DNA of 63,049 nt, counting the filler, from Octopus bimaculoides (Eukaryota), in the NCBI RefSeq assembly GCF_001194135.2. It is 7 parts of 7 records of this genome, joined end to end, with 100 filler letters (N's around TTAATTAATTAA, not from the genome) between each part and the next. Parts side by side here need not be neighbours in the genome. Positions count along the whole stretch, not along the records: positions 20,162 to 36,729 come from NC_069003.1; positions 36,830 to 43,331 come from NC_068999.1; 5 more parts are not named here. One strand, given 5' to 3'. Shown here piece after piece: positions 29,651-41,071 of this stretch. Each line of letters opens with the position of its first letter. Position 1 is the stretch's first letter. The notes below the pieces were generated by a model that made no database searches, was not told where the DNA came from, and saw only the letters and a program-made list of their open reading frames with translations. The position numbers were made by a program, and so were the translations under genes.

Positions 29651-30013
29651 TTGTTGAATTAATAATAAGAGAATATCCTTGTTATGGACAAACGAATGGG
29701 GGAAAATAAAGACTACATCGTAGCAGTTGCACACGTCACCAATGTCACGACGTCCTGATGATAATTCTATGATAACCTGAAAACGTTGATGGATTTAGGA
29801 ACGTTATGGCTTCAGACGAACTTTATACATATATGCATATCTGTTTAGCAACCTGAAACTGATTATCAAAGGACGATGAGTTTGTTATTTTATATTAAAA
29901 ACTGAAGAAATCTGTTAGCCACATCCAATTGTTTGATACATCCAAGTGTTTGACACATCTGTTTGACACATCTGTTTGACACGTTCAACTCATACAAAGT
30001 AAGTCGAAATCTA

Positions 30014-30140
30014 CAGGGTGTCCACAAAGTCTGGGTACATGCGGATTAACACATACGTTATGAAATTATTATTTCTTATATTTAATTGTTTACATTATGA
30101 TCTTATTTACTCCATGTACCCAGACTTTGTGGACACCCTG
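30014..30140. mobile_element. 127-bp Tc1/mariner-type MITE
   Basis: Perfect 28-bp TIRs (CAGGGTGTCCACAAAGTCTGGGTACATG at 30014-30041 and 30113-30140) with TA on both sides. Confidence 0.92.
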
Positions 30141-30214
30141 TATTTCATTCTTAAATACAAATTTAGATCGAAATTAACAGATATAATAAAATTCTAATTT
30201 CTTAATCTTACTTC

Positions 30215-30945
30215 TCTCTGCTTTCCATGGAACATCGGGTGACGAGGGAGCTCCACTCAGCACAGTTGCAAACCCTGTCGTGAGCCTGCTTCCATACTAG
30301 GGCTATACCTGCTAGGCTCTTCTCCACAGTCCATAACTAGATCCCAGCAAGTTAGTGCCGCCTCTCACGCTCCAACTCTAGCTTCCTGTCAACATATGCT
30401 TTCATTGGTCTCTTTCTGAACAACGTTGCTTGAACGTCTTCCACCATCTCTCGGGGACGGTATCCTGCGTGTCACTCAAACTGGTCTCTTCTGAGACTTC
30501 TATAGTCGTATCAACAAATTCATAATACAGTTTTAAGGCACGTCCTTGGAAGACATCTGCCATTTCTATAGATTCTGTAATTCTGTAGAGTCTATAGTTA
30601 TATATATTCTGCTGGTCTTTTTCACGTCTCACGGACGTAAGTCGCTGTTAATGTTACGATTGATGTATATAGATGGAATTTAGTATCTTGGCTGATAGAG
30701 AAGTTGGACTATACAGGCTTCAGTTGGTAGAAGAAGACCACCGATCACTTTCCGAAGTTCTATCATTAGTTATCTTACTGTCCTGGGACGTGAACGAATC
30801 AGTCATCTCCAGAGTTTGGCCCTCCAGCCCGACATGTTGCTACTGTGCCTCCCTAATAATCATTACTTCCGTTTTTTCATTATTGGGGTGGGATGGAATC
30901 ATATCTTATATCAGCGTAGATGTGACACAAGGAGTCCCAGACCTG
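30215..30945 (-). mobile_element. RTE-clade LINE 3' portion, degenerate
   Basis: Minus frames KTEVMIIREAQ..VGLEGQTLEMTDSFT..SKITND.TSESD and WRTVEKSLAGIALVWKQAHDRV..AEWSSLV are typical of the RTE RT C-terminus. Confidence 0.8.
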
Positions 30946-31904
30946 TTTGTATGTATGTATGTATGTATGTATGTATGTATGTATGTTCTTAAGCCGGTTT
31001 CTAACAAAGATACAAACCTCCATCGTTTTAATGTAGATAGCAAAAACGTTGTTACCTTTTAAAACCGAGAGAAGTCTTGCATGGTTTTACAGATTGTATT
31101 TGCAATGTGCGTGTCAGTCGGTTATGTAAGTATGTATGTATGTATGTATGTATGTATGTATGTATGTGTGTGTGTGTGTGTGTGTGAGAGAGTGTGAGTG
31201 TATGTGTACGTGTTTGTATGTGCATATATGTATGACTGTATACACACGCGCGCGCGAACACACACACACACATACACACACACAAACACACACACACGCA
31301 CACGCACAGAGTATTAAGGTTTCGCGAGAGAATCAGGTACTTAAATGGTAGGCACCAAGTTGGGTCGAATTAGCTTGTAAACACCACCTTTAGTCGAATA
31401 AGTATCACTGGTACCGAAGTACATCCTGTGAAATATTCAGAAGGGCTAGTCCAAAGCGTACATCGAGTTGATCGCACGGTATTTGATATACTCCAGGATA
31501 TCCGACGGGTCGGGAATCCCTTTTGGTGTATTATGAACAAATAAATAAAATACGTAAATAACAAACGATAGATAAATGACATTTATCCACCGTTTGTTAC
31601 TTAATATACAAATATAGTTAATGAAGGACGGAAGATGGAAGATACGAGAATTTTTATTAATCACGACAATTGTTTCGACACATATCTAGCATCGATCCCT
31701 CACGGGTGGGATACTTAACAACTGGTTCAGGAGCATCCGGTGGTGCAGATGTGACGCTTCGGGTGGTAAATAGATATAACTCGTTAAAATATCAGTTCCC
31801 GCAATATATCTTCTCATTTCGTGTAAAGGAAAGCAGCAAAACAAAGGATATGTCTTCATTTATATAGAAGTATTTTTCTTGCTGTATTGCGAGTTCGTTT
31901 CATT

Positions 31905-32420
31905 TTGTGCATCTCTTTTATTCTTTTACTCTTTTACTTGTTTCAGTCCATTTGACTGTGGCCATGCTGGAGCACCGCCTTNNNNNNNNNNNNNNNNNNN
32001 NNNNNNNNNNNNNNNNNNNNNNNNNNNNNNNNNNNNNNNNNNNNNNNNNNNNNNNNNNNNNNNNNNNNNNNNNNNNNNNNNNNNNNNNNNNNNNNNNNNN
32101 NNNNNNNNNNNNNNNNNNNNNNNNNNNNNNNNNNNNNNNNNNNNNNNNNNNNNNNNNNNNNNNNNNNNNNNNNNNNNNNNNNNNNNNNNNNNNNNNNNNN
32201 NNNNNNNNNGACACACCAACACACACACACATATACATATATATATATACACACATATACGACGGGCTTCTTTCAGTTTCCGTCTACCAAATACACTCAC
32301 AAGGCTTTGGTCGGCCCGAGGCTATAGTAGAATTCACTTGCCCAAGGTGCCACGCAGTGGGACTGAACCCGGAATCATGTGGTTCGTAAGCAAGCTACTT
32401 ACCACACAGCCACTCCTACG
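31905..32420 (-). mobile_element. SINE family C copy spanning an N gap
   Basis: cttgtttcagtccatttgactgtggccatgctggagcaccgcct ... gacgggcttctttcagtttccgtctaccaaa...accacacagccactcc. Confidence 0.9.
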
Positions 32421-33621
32421 CCTATATTATTTTTATTTTTGATCTTCTATATAAATGAAGATATATCCTTTGTCCCAACCATTTCCCCCAAGACCAATGC
32501 GATTCTCCTGACAGAGTGACTTATGTGGGTTTATGTATTGTTTGAAGATAGAAGATTTTGCAGAAACCTTGCGACAGAACGGCTTGATTATTTTACACTC
32601 ATTGCTGTTGGAGTCACTACCCTTGACAAAATTACCTGTTATCTTAGATACTGCCATTGAAAATCTCACCAACATATGGTCTATAATCCTCATACTTGTA
32701 ACTGAAAGTAGAATGATTGTCACTAATAAATATTTCAAAGGGAATATTCCATGGCGACAGTCAGTCAGTGCTTCTATTTATTTTGCAACTAAATTCAGTA
32801 GTTTCTTTAACAAAAATCCATTGGTTATGTGCTAGAGTCAACAACAGTTAGAGACATTAATGTAACCTCAAACTTCTTTGGAGATAATCTAAAGATCTAT
32901 GCTTGAAATATTTATAATGCTAAGAAGCAGGATTTACTAGCATTCACTCTTGATACACAGACGAAACTTGGCCAAAAGATATAGTCATATTGATAATTAA
33001 ATGTAGAGAAACTCTTCCCTACAAATCCTACATCAATAGTCTCTTTCCTTCTCGCCAGTTGCACACAATGAATGCTATAAACATCTAAATATTGAGGAAA
33101 ACATATGAAACAAAGGTGCTGTCAACAAAAAATGACAAATATAGTAGTTGGAGCTTTCCCCTTACAACAAGAAAATATCCCACAATTCATTGCGGTAACA
33201 GTTTTGATAGCAACATTTGAGATACTTGACTGGTCTACTGAAGAAATCCTTTCTATAGATCTTGAAGCCCACCAGATCCTGACATTAACTGCAAGCTTCA
33301 AAGAAACTGTGATCTCCACAAACTCTGTTTTAGAAGGAAAATGTCAAGAAGATCACTGCAGACGGCTTTTGAGTGTCGTCTGGTACCGCTCAGACAGCAT
33401 CTGCTAAACAATAGCAGCAAATATAAACCACTAATTCCCAAAAAGGGTAGTAAATAGCATCCCACACGTCGGTAGTAAACAGCCCAACAAATACCGACTT
33501 CTCAGTGACATCCCATGAAAACCCTGCATTACTATATCTCAACAAAACTGAAAGATACTTTGCACACCACAGAAAGGTTCCCATAAACTTCACGACGATG
33601 ATAATATTGATTTCAGATTTT

Positions 33622-33820
33622 AGCACAAGGGTAGTAATTTCGGGGGAAAGATAAGTCCATTATATCGACCCAGTGTTCGACTGGTACTTATTTTATCGAC
33701 GTCGAAAGGATGAAAAGTAAAGTCGATCCTGACGGTATTTGAACTTGGAACGTAAAGTCGGACGAAACACAACTAAGCATTTTGCTCGGCATGCTAATGA
33801 TTCTACCAGGTCACCGCCTT
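33622..33820 (-). mobile_element. SINE family A copy inserted in the Dong-like element
   Basis: Reverse complement of family A. Confidence 0.85.
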
Positions 33821-33849
33821 AACGAGGATGATATTATTAATATGGAGTG

Positions 33850-34068
33850 TAAGGTGGTGAGCTAGAAGAATCGCTATCACGCCGAGAAAAATTCTAAGCG
33901 GTCTTTCATCCGACTTTACGTTCTGAGTTCAAATTCCATCGAGGGCAACTTTGCCTTTCATCTTTTCGCGGTCAACAGAATAAGCACTAATTAAGCACTG
34001 GGGGAGCGATGTAATCGACTTTCCCCCTCCCCCTAACTTGCTGGCGTTGTGCCAAAATCTGAAGCCAG
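33850..34068 (+). mobile_element. SINE family A copy with a 12-bp TSD-like repeat
   Basis: tattaatatgga at 33835-33846 and 34069-34080. Confidence 0.85.
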
Positions 34069-34806
34069 TATTAATATGGAATATAACCTCAATAAGATTC
34101 ATGACAGCTACAGCACATCACATCTCGAAGGTTATACTTTTCCAAGCCAAGAGTAGTAGGAGATCACTACGAAATACCTAATGAACAAAAGAGATAAAGA
34201 GAAAACTTTCCTCACTCCCAAGATACGCCCGAAAATATCGATTACGTCCCTCGTCTATGGAAGACGCAACAACTATCCAAAAGTGTTATTAAGGTACTAC
34301 CTTCTATTGCGATATGATGTCGTTGTAAAAACAATATATAATGCTAACCATAGAAAAGACCGTCCTGAAAAAAATATAGGAAATGCCCCTGCTATTGAAT
34401 ATATACATATCGTCAGAAGGAATATTGATGGAACATTATCAAAACTTTGTCTGAGAAATATAACAGGCCCGATATAGTTATTTGGGATAGAAAGGAAAAA
34501 CATCATGTACATTCATAAAGGTCAGCGGCTTGTGAGAAGGATAATATTTCTGGACAGCTGTTTCGAAACTTGCAGCTTTTCTATCCTGGTTATATATTCA
34601 CATTTATACTAATAATTATTGGTACATTGAGTAAGTGCTTAAGTGACAACCTGGAAAAGCTGGGATTTTCAGGTAAAGAAAAGATTCAGCTAACACCTGC
34701 TTCATAAAAACTATCTTTAAACAGAACAAACTGCACGCTGTTCTTCCTATTGTTTCACTTCAGCTTTGGTTCGGAAGCCTGAAACCCATCGCATATAATA
34801 TTTAGT

Positions 34807-35193
34807 GGAGGCGCAATGGCCCAGTGGTTAGGGCAGCGGACTCGCGGTCATAGGATAGCGGTTTCGATTCCCAGACCGGGCGTTGTGAGTGTTTATTGAG
34901 CGAAAACACCTAAAGCTCCACGAGGCTCCGGCAGGGGATGGTGGTGAACCCTGCTGTATTCTTTCACCACAACTTTCTCTCGCTCTCTCTTCCTGTTTCT
35001 GTTGTGCCTGTAATTCAAAATGTCAGCCTTGTCACACTCTGTGTCACGCTGAATATCCCCGAGAACTACGTTAAGGGTACAGGTGTCTGTGGAGTGCTCA
35101 GCCACTTGCACGTTAATTTCACGAGCAGGCTGTTCCGTTGATCGGATCAGCTGGAACCCTCGACGTCGTAAGCGACGGAGTGCCAACAACAAC
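34807..35193 (+). mobile_element. tRNA-derived SINE family B, full length
   Basis: A and B boxes, (AAC)n tail; aligns end to end with 28905-29292. Confidence 0.9.
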
Positions 35194-35214
35194 ATAATGC
35201 TTAATTAGGCGAGT

Positions 35215-36195
35215 TTCTTTCCAGTGACAGCTCACCTTTGCCATCACTCTGTATCATAGGTCAAAGTTTTCCAACTGGTGTTTAATAAACGCCTTGAGCA
35301 CCTCTGGCGTAATCTTTCTCATGTATTTTGATGTGTCATCGACACAAGGCCCGTGTCTCGGTTGAATATGATAGGAATGTGATGACGCAAGCAGCATATA
35401 ATGCAAAACTTAGAGGAAAGTTCCTCTCTGACCCGACTTGCTTTTCTTCTGCCATTGAAGCCTTCTCAATACTTAAGTTGAGGCCGGAAACTTGAGATAC
35501 ATTCCTGGAAACAGAACTGCTACCAACACATACACATGAAAGAATTAACTTTATCAAGTTCGGTTCCTGGACAAATACACTTGGTTCCACTCTGCAGCAG
35601 ATGTAAACCATCATAGTCTTTTTCTGGCTTATTGTATGTCCAAAAGTACAGGCGGTGGAGTAAACGTTCGCTTTTTTTTTAAATATCTCGCTTCGAATGA
35701 GCCACAAAATCACAACCTTCTATACAGAACAACTCACGAGCAAAAAGTATAAAGGTCTTTCATTTAGCGTTGAAATAATTCTGATAAACAGTTTATTTGT
35801 TATTCAATAGTGAACAGATATACCGAGATAACAGTCCTTAAACGTAGAAGTTATAATAACTAAAATATAAAGTTGGTGCATTTAAATTTTCTTGCTCAAC
35901 ACCAATGTCCACTACAGTCGGTTCTGACATCGCATAATTTGAGTTGAAACAGGCTTTCATACCAATCGTCGGACAAACATACCTACAACCTAAGGTGGGC
36001 ACCTCAACTTTCCTAAGATTCTCTGCAGTACCCACAAGACAAAGACCTTCGTTAGAACAAGGAAAACTTGGTTAAAGAGGCGTCTGTCTATGTTCTATGC
36101 ACTCCTCTTGCACCAGACTTGCACTAAAGATCGTATCTGTGGTACCTCTCCCAGACCTAAAAACCACACTGATAATTGTAGAACAATGAACGGAC
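35215..36195 (-). mobile_element. RTE (BovB-like) LINE reverse transcriptase remnant
   Basis: FRSGRGTTDTIFSASLVQEECIEHRQ, GMKACFNSNYAMSEPTVVDIGVEQ...APTL, CDFVAHS, STACTFGHTISQKKT, VEPSVFVQ. Confidence 0.85.
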
Positions 36196-36216
36196 AACTA
36201 TCTATCTATCTATCTG

Positions 36217-36251
<35 letters not shown>

Positions 36252-36280
36252 CTCTATATATATGTGTGTATATATATATG

Positions 36281-36322
<42 letters not shown>

Positions 36323-36674
36323 TATATACAGCTACACACATACACACATATATGTGCATGTATAGATATGTACGGTATCCGTGTGTATGTGTGTATGTGT
36401 ATATTTAAGCTGTACATATAATGTGTATATATATATATATATAACGTCGATGTGCGTGTATTTAATCTAGGCGCTGCCAAAGTGCTCTGTTAACAAATGA
36501 GCTAGAGCTAATTACACACACACACACGCACACACACACACACACACACATACATATTCATACATATATACATACAATCATACGTGCTTACATACACACA
36601 CGCAGACATACATGCATATTTGCTTCTGTTGGTTTCAATTACTGAGTGTGTGTATGTATATGAATGTGTGTGTA

Positions 36675-36729
<55 letters not shown>

Positions 36730-36829
36730 NNNNNNNNNNNNNNNNNNNNNNNNNNNNNNNNNNNNNNNNNNNNTTAATTAATTAANNNNNNNNNNNNNNN
36801 NNNNNNNNNNNNNNNNNNNNNNNNNNNNN

Positions 36830-37049
36830 CCCTGGTTCTATCAACTCGGATAGCTGGTCCCTCTATTGGGTCGACATACGGCAGGCTCTCTTTCTCCCAT
36901 TCATTCTCTTTATTAAGCAATCTATCGTAGTGGCATCTCCAGACCTCTTTCTTTGCATCCTCATTTAATGCAAGCGTACCATCAGCCATGCGAACACATT
37001 TCTCTCCTACAACATCACTATTCTCTCTCCTACACTGTCTTGACCTCAA
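36830..37049 (-). mobile_element. RTE-clade LINE fragment (endonuclease-RT linker), uninterrupted frame
   Basis: RQCRRENSDVVGEKCVRMADGTLALNEDAKKEVWRCHYDRLLNKENEW contains the RTE 'W..H...LLN' linker motif. Confidence 0.8.
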
Positions 37050-37970
37050 AGCTATGGAATGACATTTGTGACTTTTTTGGAATCACAATGAATGGCACAA
37101 CAGCCTACCACCTACAGGCCAATGGATTAGTGGAGAGATTTCACCGCCAAATTGGATCGACCAGTTCCCATGGGTAATATGCTGGGAATCCGCACTGCTC
37201 CAAAAGAAAATCTCCACACTTCCTCCACGTAAATGGTGTACGGCACTCCCCTTACAGTGCCAGGAGAGTTCCTTCCGAATACAAAGTCAGACCCGGATGT
37301 CAAAAGGTACCTTGCTGAACTGAGAGACAACATAGGCCAGTTGCGCCCTGTTCTTATGTCGATACACGGTACACTCAGATCGTCCGTACCAAATGACCTC
37401 CACACGGCTAACTTTGTGTTCGTTCGACGTGACACACGACAAAGACCCCTCCAGTCCCCCTACAATGGTCTATATCAAATCATACATCCGGGAGATAAAA
37501 CATTCCAACTCCTAATTGATGGACGACAAGACAGTCTCCATTGATAGATTGTAACCGGCCCATCTCGATACTGACAGCCCCGTCAGATCACACCAACTCT
37601 TGACAAGGAACAGTCCCAAAGAATCGAGTAACCAAACGCAGGGGCAGGACAATTGAAACACTATCCCATTTCTATTGACAGTCTACGGTTCGGGGGGAGG
37701 GGGGTATGTAGGTCGAACTGTAGACAGAAAGACGAACAGATACTTTGCTACGGGCTAGCTAGGAAGTTGGTCAGCAGGAAAACAGAATGACTTCCGGAAA
37801 GGAAAAGGTAAACAAAAGAATGCTAACAGCGAGCATGAAACGAATCTGAGTGAACTATACAGAAATAACTGACAACTTAAGTAAGCCCTATTGTACCTAA
37901 AGTAATAAACTTTTGGTAAATGTATTCCCGTCTCCACTAGTTTATTTGCGTATAGCTTAACAAAGCTACA
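37050..37970 (+). mobile_element. Ty3/Gypsy 3' end: integrase core/C-terminus, PPT and 3' LTR
   Basis: TTAYHLQANGLVERFHRQ, MVYGTPLTVPGEFL, RPLQSPYNGLYQII (GPY/F-like); polypurine tract at 37692-37704; LTR 37707-37970 bounded by TGTAG...CTACA with AATAAA at about 37904. Confidence 0.92.
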
Positions 37971-38279
37971 AGATGCATTTGAAGTAGTAAGTAAATGCAA
38001 CAGGTTTGCTTAGCTTCAGTCTTGATGGTTGCTTATTTTATGAGTATGACAGCATGTCAAAAATGAATTTCTTGATATATGGCCCAAAATTTTGATATCC
38101 CTCAAATTTGCGGGGAGAAAGGAAAGCATATGATATTGTTTTGCAAGCGATGAACCAGTTACCTATAAATACTTTTGGTAACAAATCATTAACCTTGAAT
38201 ATGGGATTTTATCATAGTTTCAAATGGATTTTCATTGTGACATCTTACATAATTTTGAACTTCTAATAAATTGAAAATG

Positions 38280-39230
38280 ACAAAGATTAGTGGATACTAC
38301 AACCAGCTTAACTGTGTTAGTCCTGTTTTCTTGACACTCACAAGAGATATGTGGTCTTGGAACAGCATGCTGATCCAGCTCAACCAATGTTTAACAATAA
38401 AAACACTGACTCTGCTGTACATAACACTGTGACTAATGGGCATCCAGTTATTAGTCTATGGAGACTTGATATGGCTAAGTTAAAAATCACTAAGGCTGAG
38501 TTTGGACACATGCTACAATTAGGACTCACCCTTGCTTCTCATATCCCTAGGTCACTCCCCACCCTCTTCACACAGTCCATATATTGCCAGAGAAGCCTTG
38601 TCACTGTTTCCTCTGCATTTCACTGCCTAGCACATCCCAGCATCGCTGTGACGCAGAAACTGATTTAATCTAAATTTATATGGACCAATATCAACAAAGA
38701 CATCTGACATTTGTCAAAGAATTGTATTTCTTGACATGTCAAAACAGCCCTGGGATACTTTTGTATTGGCAGATACAAGATTTAATCATGTGCATCTCAA
38801 TATCATGGGTACTATCTTCCATCTAAGGGTTTTTTGATTTGCTTACCTGCACAGACAAATACAACTGATGACCTGAAGTTACTACCCTCACAAAAATGAC
38901 TACCGAAGTAGTTGCTACAGATTTTGTACAGCAATGGATTTCTCATTTCAGTATCTCAGTCACAATCACAATTGACAAAGGAAGCCAATTTGAAACCAAT
39001 TTATTTCCTGAACTTTCGAAGTCGATCAACTGCATGAGAATTTGAATCACTCCTTATAACCCAAAAGCTAATAGCATCACAGTACATTTCCACTGACAAC
39101 TTAAAGTGATTCTCATAGCTCAAGTAGTTCCTTCTTATCATTAGTGCTTTTAGAAGTTCGTTCAACAGCTAAAAAAAAACTGCACATCGTTACAATTAAA
39201 TTATAGTATTTTCTCAAATTACCTAAATAA
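38280..39230 (+). mobile_element. Old Gypsy pol remnant with RT/RNase H deleted
   Basis: VHNTVTNGHPV...KLKITKAEFGHMLQLG (pre-RT) is joined to FHCLAHPSIAVTQKLI*SKFIWTNINKDI (integrase HHCC), then RFNHVHLNIMG and ITIDKGSQFE...TPYNPKAN. Confidence 0.8.
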
Positions 39231-39500
39231 ATGATTGCTCCTATCAATATATCTATGGGTGTATTATCAGATACGGTCGTACACGGGAGCAAGTTGCATA
39301 TGTGACGTCATGTAATACTGGACTGTATTTCTCACTGAATTTAGCCACCTTTTTGCTTGCTTTGGCTCTGAGTCTAAATATGTTCATAAATCTTCGCACC
39401 AACTGGAATCAATTGCTGAGATGTCACCAAAAATACCCATCTTTCGTTATTGAACGAGTAAGGCCTACATAGTATGGCACACCTACACATTTGCCCCCAC

Positions 39501-40049
39501 CTCGACTTTGTTTCCTCATAACTTCCAGAAAAATAAATATTTTTCAAATGAAATTTTCTACAAATCGCTTCAGATGATGTAGATTCCGATTATATCGAAA
39601 TTGTTGTGAAAAATATTTTCTGTGGGTGGGGAGAGGAGTTTCGAGAAATTCACACGAGTCGGCTTTCTATCTTTATAACTTTCGGAATTTAATAGGAAAA
39701 AAAAAAAAAGAATGATGGGCTCGCATACTAACACATCACATATATTTTCAAAATGAAACTTGAAATTTCGAAAGAAAATCTGAAATATATCAGTATGTAT
39801 GTGTGCGTACTCAGTATTTTTCTTTTCACATCAAATATCGATATAATCGTAATTTATACATCCAAAAATATACATATTTTCCGAAAGTTATGAAGAAACA
39901 AAGTGGACTCGAGTGGATTTTCTGAAACTTCTCTCCCCACCCCCAGAAAAGTTCTTTCTCATCAAAGTCCGATATAATTGGGATCTACACCATATGAAGC
40001 ATATTTGAAGAAAATTTCATTAAAAAATCTAATTTTTTCTGGAACTTAT
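39501..40049. mobile_element. Foldback-type element with imperfect inverted arms of about 170 bp
   Basis: 39518-39687 is the approximate reverse complement of 39879-40049 (roughly three quarters identical by eye); partial extra copies of the unit lie at 39501 and in the spacer. Confidence 0.75.
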
Positions 40050-40614
40050 ACAATATGACTGGAATTTCGGAATTCTATTTCTATTTTCTTTCCATTGTGA
40101 TAACTAACTTCTAACTGTATTGTATAATAGAACTGTCTTAAAATACGAAAACAAACTTTTGTCTGCATTGAACCTCATCAAATTGTATTGTTTTAAAAAT
40201 GCTATTTCTTCCACAAACATTTCTAATACTCCTTTCATTTTAGTTCGTTCTGTCAAGAGCAATATTTCTGACCGTTTCTGTATATACAATGTTTACTAAG
40301 GCTTTTCAACTGAAGTTTGCATTTATTGAATTATTTGGTTGGAAAGGTTCGCCTCTTTGCTTCTGTATTCATGTATCAATCGATTTATTTTAACTGACAA
40401 TATCTAAACAGACTAAGATGTGACAAGCAAGCTTCCTTATATTCTTCACATCTACACTATCGTTTCACGGTCCTCAAATGGGTGTGAAACAAGTCTTATC
40501 CCAGCTGTTAGAAACCATCGTTATGGCTTAACTCACGTATCAATACACATAACAGACTAGGCTCACTAGCGTATATCGAGCAATTTAAACTATTTATCCA
40601 CACTACGAGACAAT

Positions 40615-40900
40615 TTGGTCGATGAAATGATTATTGTGAGTGGATTTGGGGACGAAACCTGAAAGAAGCCCGTCGTATATATGTGTGTGTGTATTTGTGT
40701 GTCTGTGTTTGTCCCCCCCCCCATCGCTTGACAATCGATGTTGGTGTGTTTACGTCCCCGTAACTTAGCGGTATCGGCAAAAGAGACCGATAGAATAATT
40801 ACTAAGCTTACAAAGAATAAGTCCTGAGGTCGAATTGTTCGACTAAGGGTGATGCTTCAGCATGGCCGCAGTCAAATGACTGAAACAAGTAAAAGAATAA
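40615..40900 (+). mobile_element. SINE family C, 5'-truncated
   Basis: gtgagtggatttgg...gaaagaagcccgtcgtata...tttacgtccccgtaacttagcgg...catggccgcagtcaaatgactgaaacaagtaaaagaataa. Confidence 0.9.
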
Positions 40901-40968
40901 ATATCGTTTGTAGAAATGCATAAATCCGGAGAAGAAGCACATTGTAAGATGTAGACCAGTTAATATTA

Positions 40969-41071
40969 TAGTGGGGTAGGCCGGTTTATGGAGTTACCCT
41001 GGGCTAGAGGTCAAATCGTTCCATATTTATGGGAGACCCCGGGTAACCCCATAAACCAGCCTATCCCACTA
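40969..41071. mobile_element. 103-bp MITE, imperfect TIRs of about 35 bp, TTA on both sides
   Basis: TTA|tagtggggtaggccggtttatggagttaccctggg ... cccgggtaaccccataaaccagcctatcccacta|TTA. Confidence 0.75.

Larger units (their letters stand above)
32440..34730 (+). mobile_element. Long degenerate R4/Dong-clade LINE (RT, CCHC region, RLE), interrupted by two SINEs
   Basis: Frameshifted motifs HSLLLESLPLTKLP, KGIFHGDSQSVLLFIL, NVTSNFFGDNLKIYA (degenerate YxDD box), ILDWSTEEILSIDLEAHQILTLT, TSHLEGY, KYLMNKRD, RYYLLLRYD, KYNRPDIVIWDRKEK (RLE PD motif), QLFRNLQLFYP..IIIGTL. Confidence 0.85.
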
